A DNA stretch of 64,000 bases from Coniocarpon cinnabarinum (lineage: Eukaryota), in assembly GCA_051942205.1 (NCBI GenBank), contig JAVECO010000047.1, positions 1-64,000 on the forward strand, in the 5' to 3' direction. Made by a program: the position numbers and the translations under genes. Every line of letters starts with the position of its first letter. Within the stretch, counting starts at the first letter, position 1. The notes under the pieces are model-generated. The model had not been told where the DNA came from, ran no database searches, and worked only from the letters and a program-made list of their open reading frames with translations. This document shows, one piece after another, positions 62,001 through 64,000 of the stretch.

Positions 62001-62975
62001 TCAGATTTCGGATATGATTGCAGTGTAGTAGATGCCAATTAGAGCAATTATCACTGGTCACCGTCAGTATCCAGATCGAATTGCCACAAGGTACATGACA
62101 CCACTGCTGACCAGCAAACCATGACTCAACGAAGTCGAGGGTTGTAAACACATCACCAAGTTGACCACCCAGAGCCGGCCATAGGATGGAAGGTATGATC
62201 AAAGAGATCGAGCCCAGTATTGCAGCCCAGACCAGCTTTGCGATCCACAGACCTTCTACAAACTCCAGGCCGTATGACTTGCCGGGATCACCGCTATTCT
62301 TTAGGTGCGCCATCCACTCTATCCACACCTGATCAGGCTTGATGCGCCCTGGGTTGTGATAGGCGTGCATTAGGACGCGCGCATCGAGGTAATCAGCGGG
62401 CTTGTGTCGGGTTGGTACGCCATTGTGTGTATACTGGAGACGAGTCAACATCTTGCACAAGACCCGTTGATGATCATTCTGGGAAATACCTCAATCGGCA
62501 CGATGTACTTCAGCTTTCGGAAAAACAACCATCTTCGCCATTCTTTCTGCAGCTCGTCTCTGTACGCTCTCCTGATCTCCCACCACACATCCTGATCGTT
62601 GTCTTTGAACTGATCAAAACTCACTGGTGCCGTCCTCCATTCGTGGGACGTTGGGTCACAGACACTCAACACCAGATGAATCTTCGCGGAGAACTTCTCA
62701 GATCTCACCGGGGAGCGTGAAAGATGCAAAAACTTGTCCCGCCTCGAGTAGTGCTTACGGGGATGATCGCGCTTGCTATGGAACCGTGGCTGACCAGCGG
62801 TAGGCCTCGGAATAGAGATGTCATGTCTTTCTAAGAGCTCCTCGAATTTATTGTGCTGCGTAAAAGATGAAGGAGGCGGAAGGAAGATTGGTGTGGTGTT
62901 GGTCGTGTCGGAGTCAGGTATGGTTTCCACATGCTCGACTCGTGGGACTGATGAATACTTGTCCTCTGCGCTCAT
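62001..62975 (-). CDS. Hypothetical protein with two C-terminal hydrophobic segments; exons 62975-62490, 62433-62112, 62053-62001
   Basis: Two in-phase GT-AG introns join the ORFs; YGLEFVEGL precedes the TM-like segments. Confidence 0.7.
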
Positions 62976-63401
62976 GTCGTGACTGTTAGCGCAAAGATGG
63001 CTTCACGGCTGGACACCACTGCGTCAGAAGTCGTTCATGAGCAGCCGACGAAAGGTCGATAGCGTCGCAAGGATGGTAAAAATGTGTTTGCCAAAACAGG
63101 ACATGAGGCTTTTGGACAGCGCAAGTTTGTCTAATCACAGCTGCAAGCCTGTTGATAGGTCGATTGCACTGCATATGGGGAAGGTGCGCCTTGCAGGCAG
63201 TGGCAAGGCTGTCACCGCAGGATTCACTCGAGTCACTGTCCGTATCTTGTCAAGTTGCCGTGAGGCTTGATTCTTTCGCGCCTCATGCGCCATTGATAAT
63301 GATATCTCATCTGTTGCCTGTTCATACAAACGAAAATACCTGACCCACCAGCATTGCAATGCATTTCCAAGCCATGTCCATAAAGTTATAACATTCGTAC
63401 A

Positions 63402-64000
63402 CTAGAAGTCCTCTTCGAAGCTCAGCTCATTGCCGGTCTTCTTCTCCCCGTTCTCTTGTGGACCTTCTGCCATCTTCTTTGTTGCTGCCATGACGCCAGC
63501 CTTTTGGTAGTCACCGACACGCTTCTCAAAGAAATTGGTCTTGCCTGCAAGCGAGATGTTTTCCATGAAATCAAAGGGATTGGTACTGTTGTAGACTTTC
63601 CTGCCGCCAAGCGCGACAAGCAGTCTGTCAGCGACAAACTCGATGTATTGTCGCATGAGTGGAGCGTTCATGCCTAGTAAGGCAACGGGCAGTGCTTCTG
63701 TGAGAAATTCTTGCTCGATAGTGACGGCTTCCTTGATGATCTGCTCCACCTTCTCAACGTCCGGACGGTTCTGCAAGTGCGAGAAGAGTAGACAGGCGAA
63801 GTCAGTGTGCATTCCCTCGTCACGAGAAATAAGCTCGTTGGAGAATGTCAGACCAGGCATGAGACCACGCTTCTTCAGCCAAAAGATGGACGCGAAAGAA
63901 CCTGAAAAGAAGATACCTTCAACAGCGGCGAAAGCAACCAGACGACTTGCAAAAGTGGAAGATGAGTCGCTGATCCATCGCAGCGCCCAGTCAGCCTTTC
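63402..64000 (-). CDS. RNR2: Ribonucleotide reductase small subunit (3' part; start lies beyond the window)
   Basis: [78 protein letters not shown]. Confidence 0.95.
   Translation of the reverse strand, partial: KADWALRWISDSSSTFASRLVAFAAVEGIFFSGSFASIFWLKKRGLMPGLTFSNELISRDEGMHTDFACLLFSHLQNRPDVEKVEQIIKEAVTIEQEFLTEALPVALLGMNAPLMRQYIEFVADRLLVALGGRKVYNSTNPFDFMENISLAGKTNFFEKRVGDYQKAGVMAATKKMAEGPQENGEKKTGNELSFEEDF

Noticed and set aside
63402..64000. RNR2 as a self-resistance gene for the BGC
   Set aside because: 11 kb away behind unrelated genes, canonical sequence, and no evidence of being a duplicate.

Overview
Gene-dense DNA from a filamentous ascomycete (Pezizomycotina; short GT-AG introns with CTRAC/CTAAY branch points). 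The order or species cannot be fixed from sequence alone. 1-21 kb is mostly housekeeping genes: cullin-4, MGM1, U-box cyclophilin PPIL2/Cyp8, a UBL(+BAG-like) protein, an RBR/IBR E3, a methyltransferase, RPL32 (missed by the ORF track) and the Pol III subunit RPC4. 21.7-29 kb holds a NACHT-ankyrin NLR disabled by an in-frame TAG and a frameshift, followed by an SRPK-like kinase with a GC-AG intron. 31-52 kb is a compact secondary-metabolite cluster: PTH11-like membrane protein, O-methyltransferase, MFS exporter, AflR-like Zn2Cys6 regulator and an SAT-KS-AT-PT-ACP-ACP-R non-reducing PKS with the fusarubin Fsr1/PGL1 architecture. No oxidative tailoring genes are visible, and the PKS and OMT promoters share the palindrome TCGG-N3-CCGA. 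53-64 kb has a WD40 protein, a hidden spliced polyQ/P gene, a lysine methyltransferase, two hypothetical genes and the 3' part of RNR2. Exon boundaries were derived by hand; family names come from motif recognition, not database searches.
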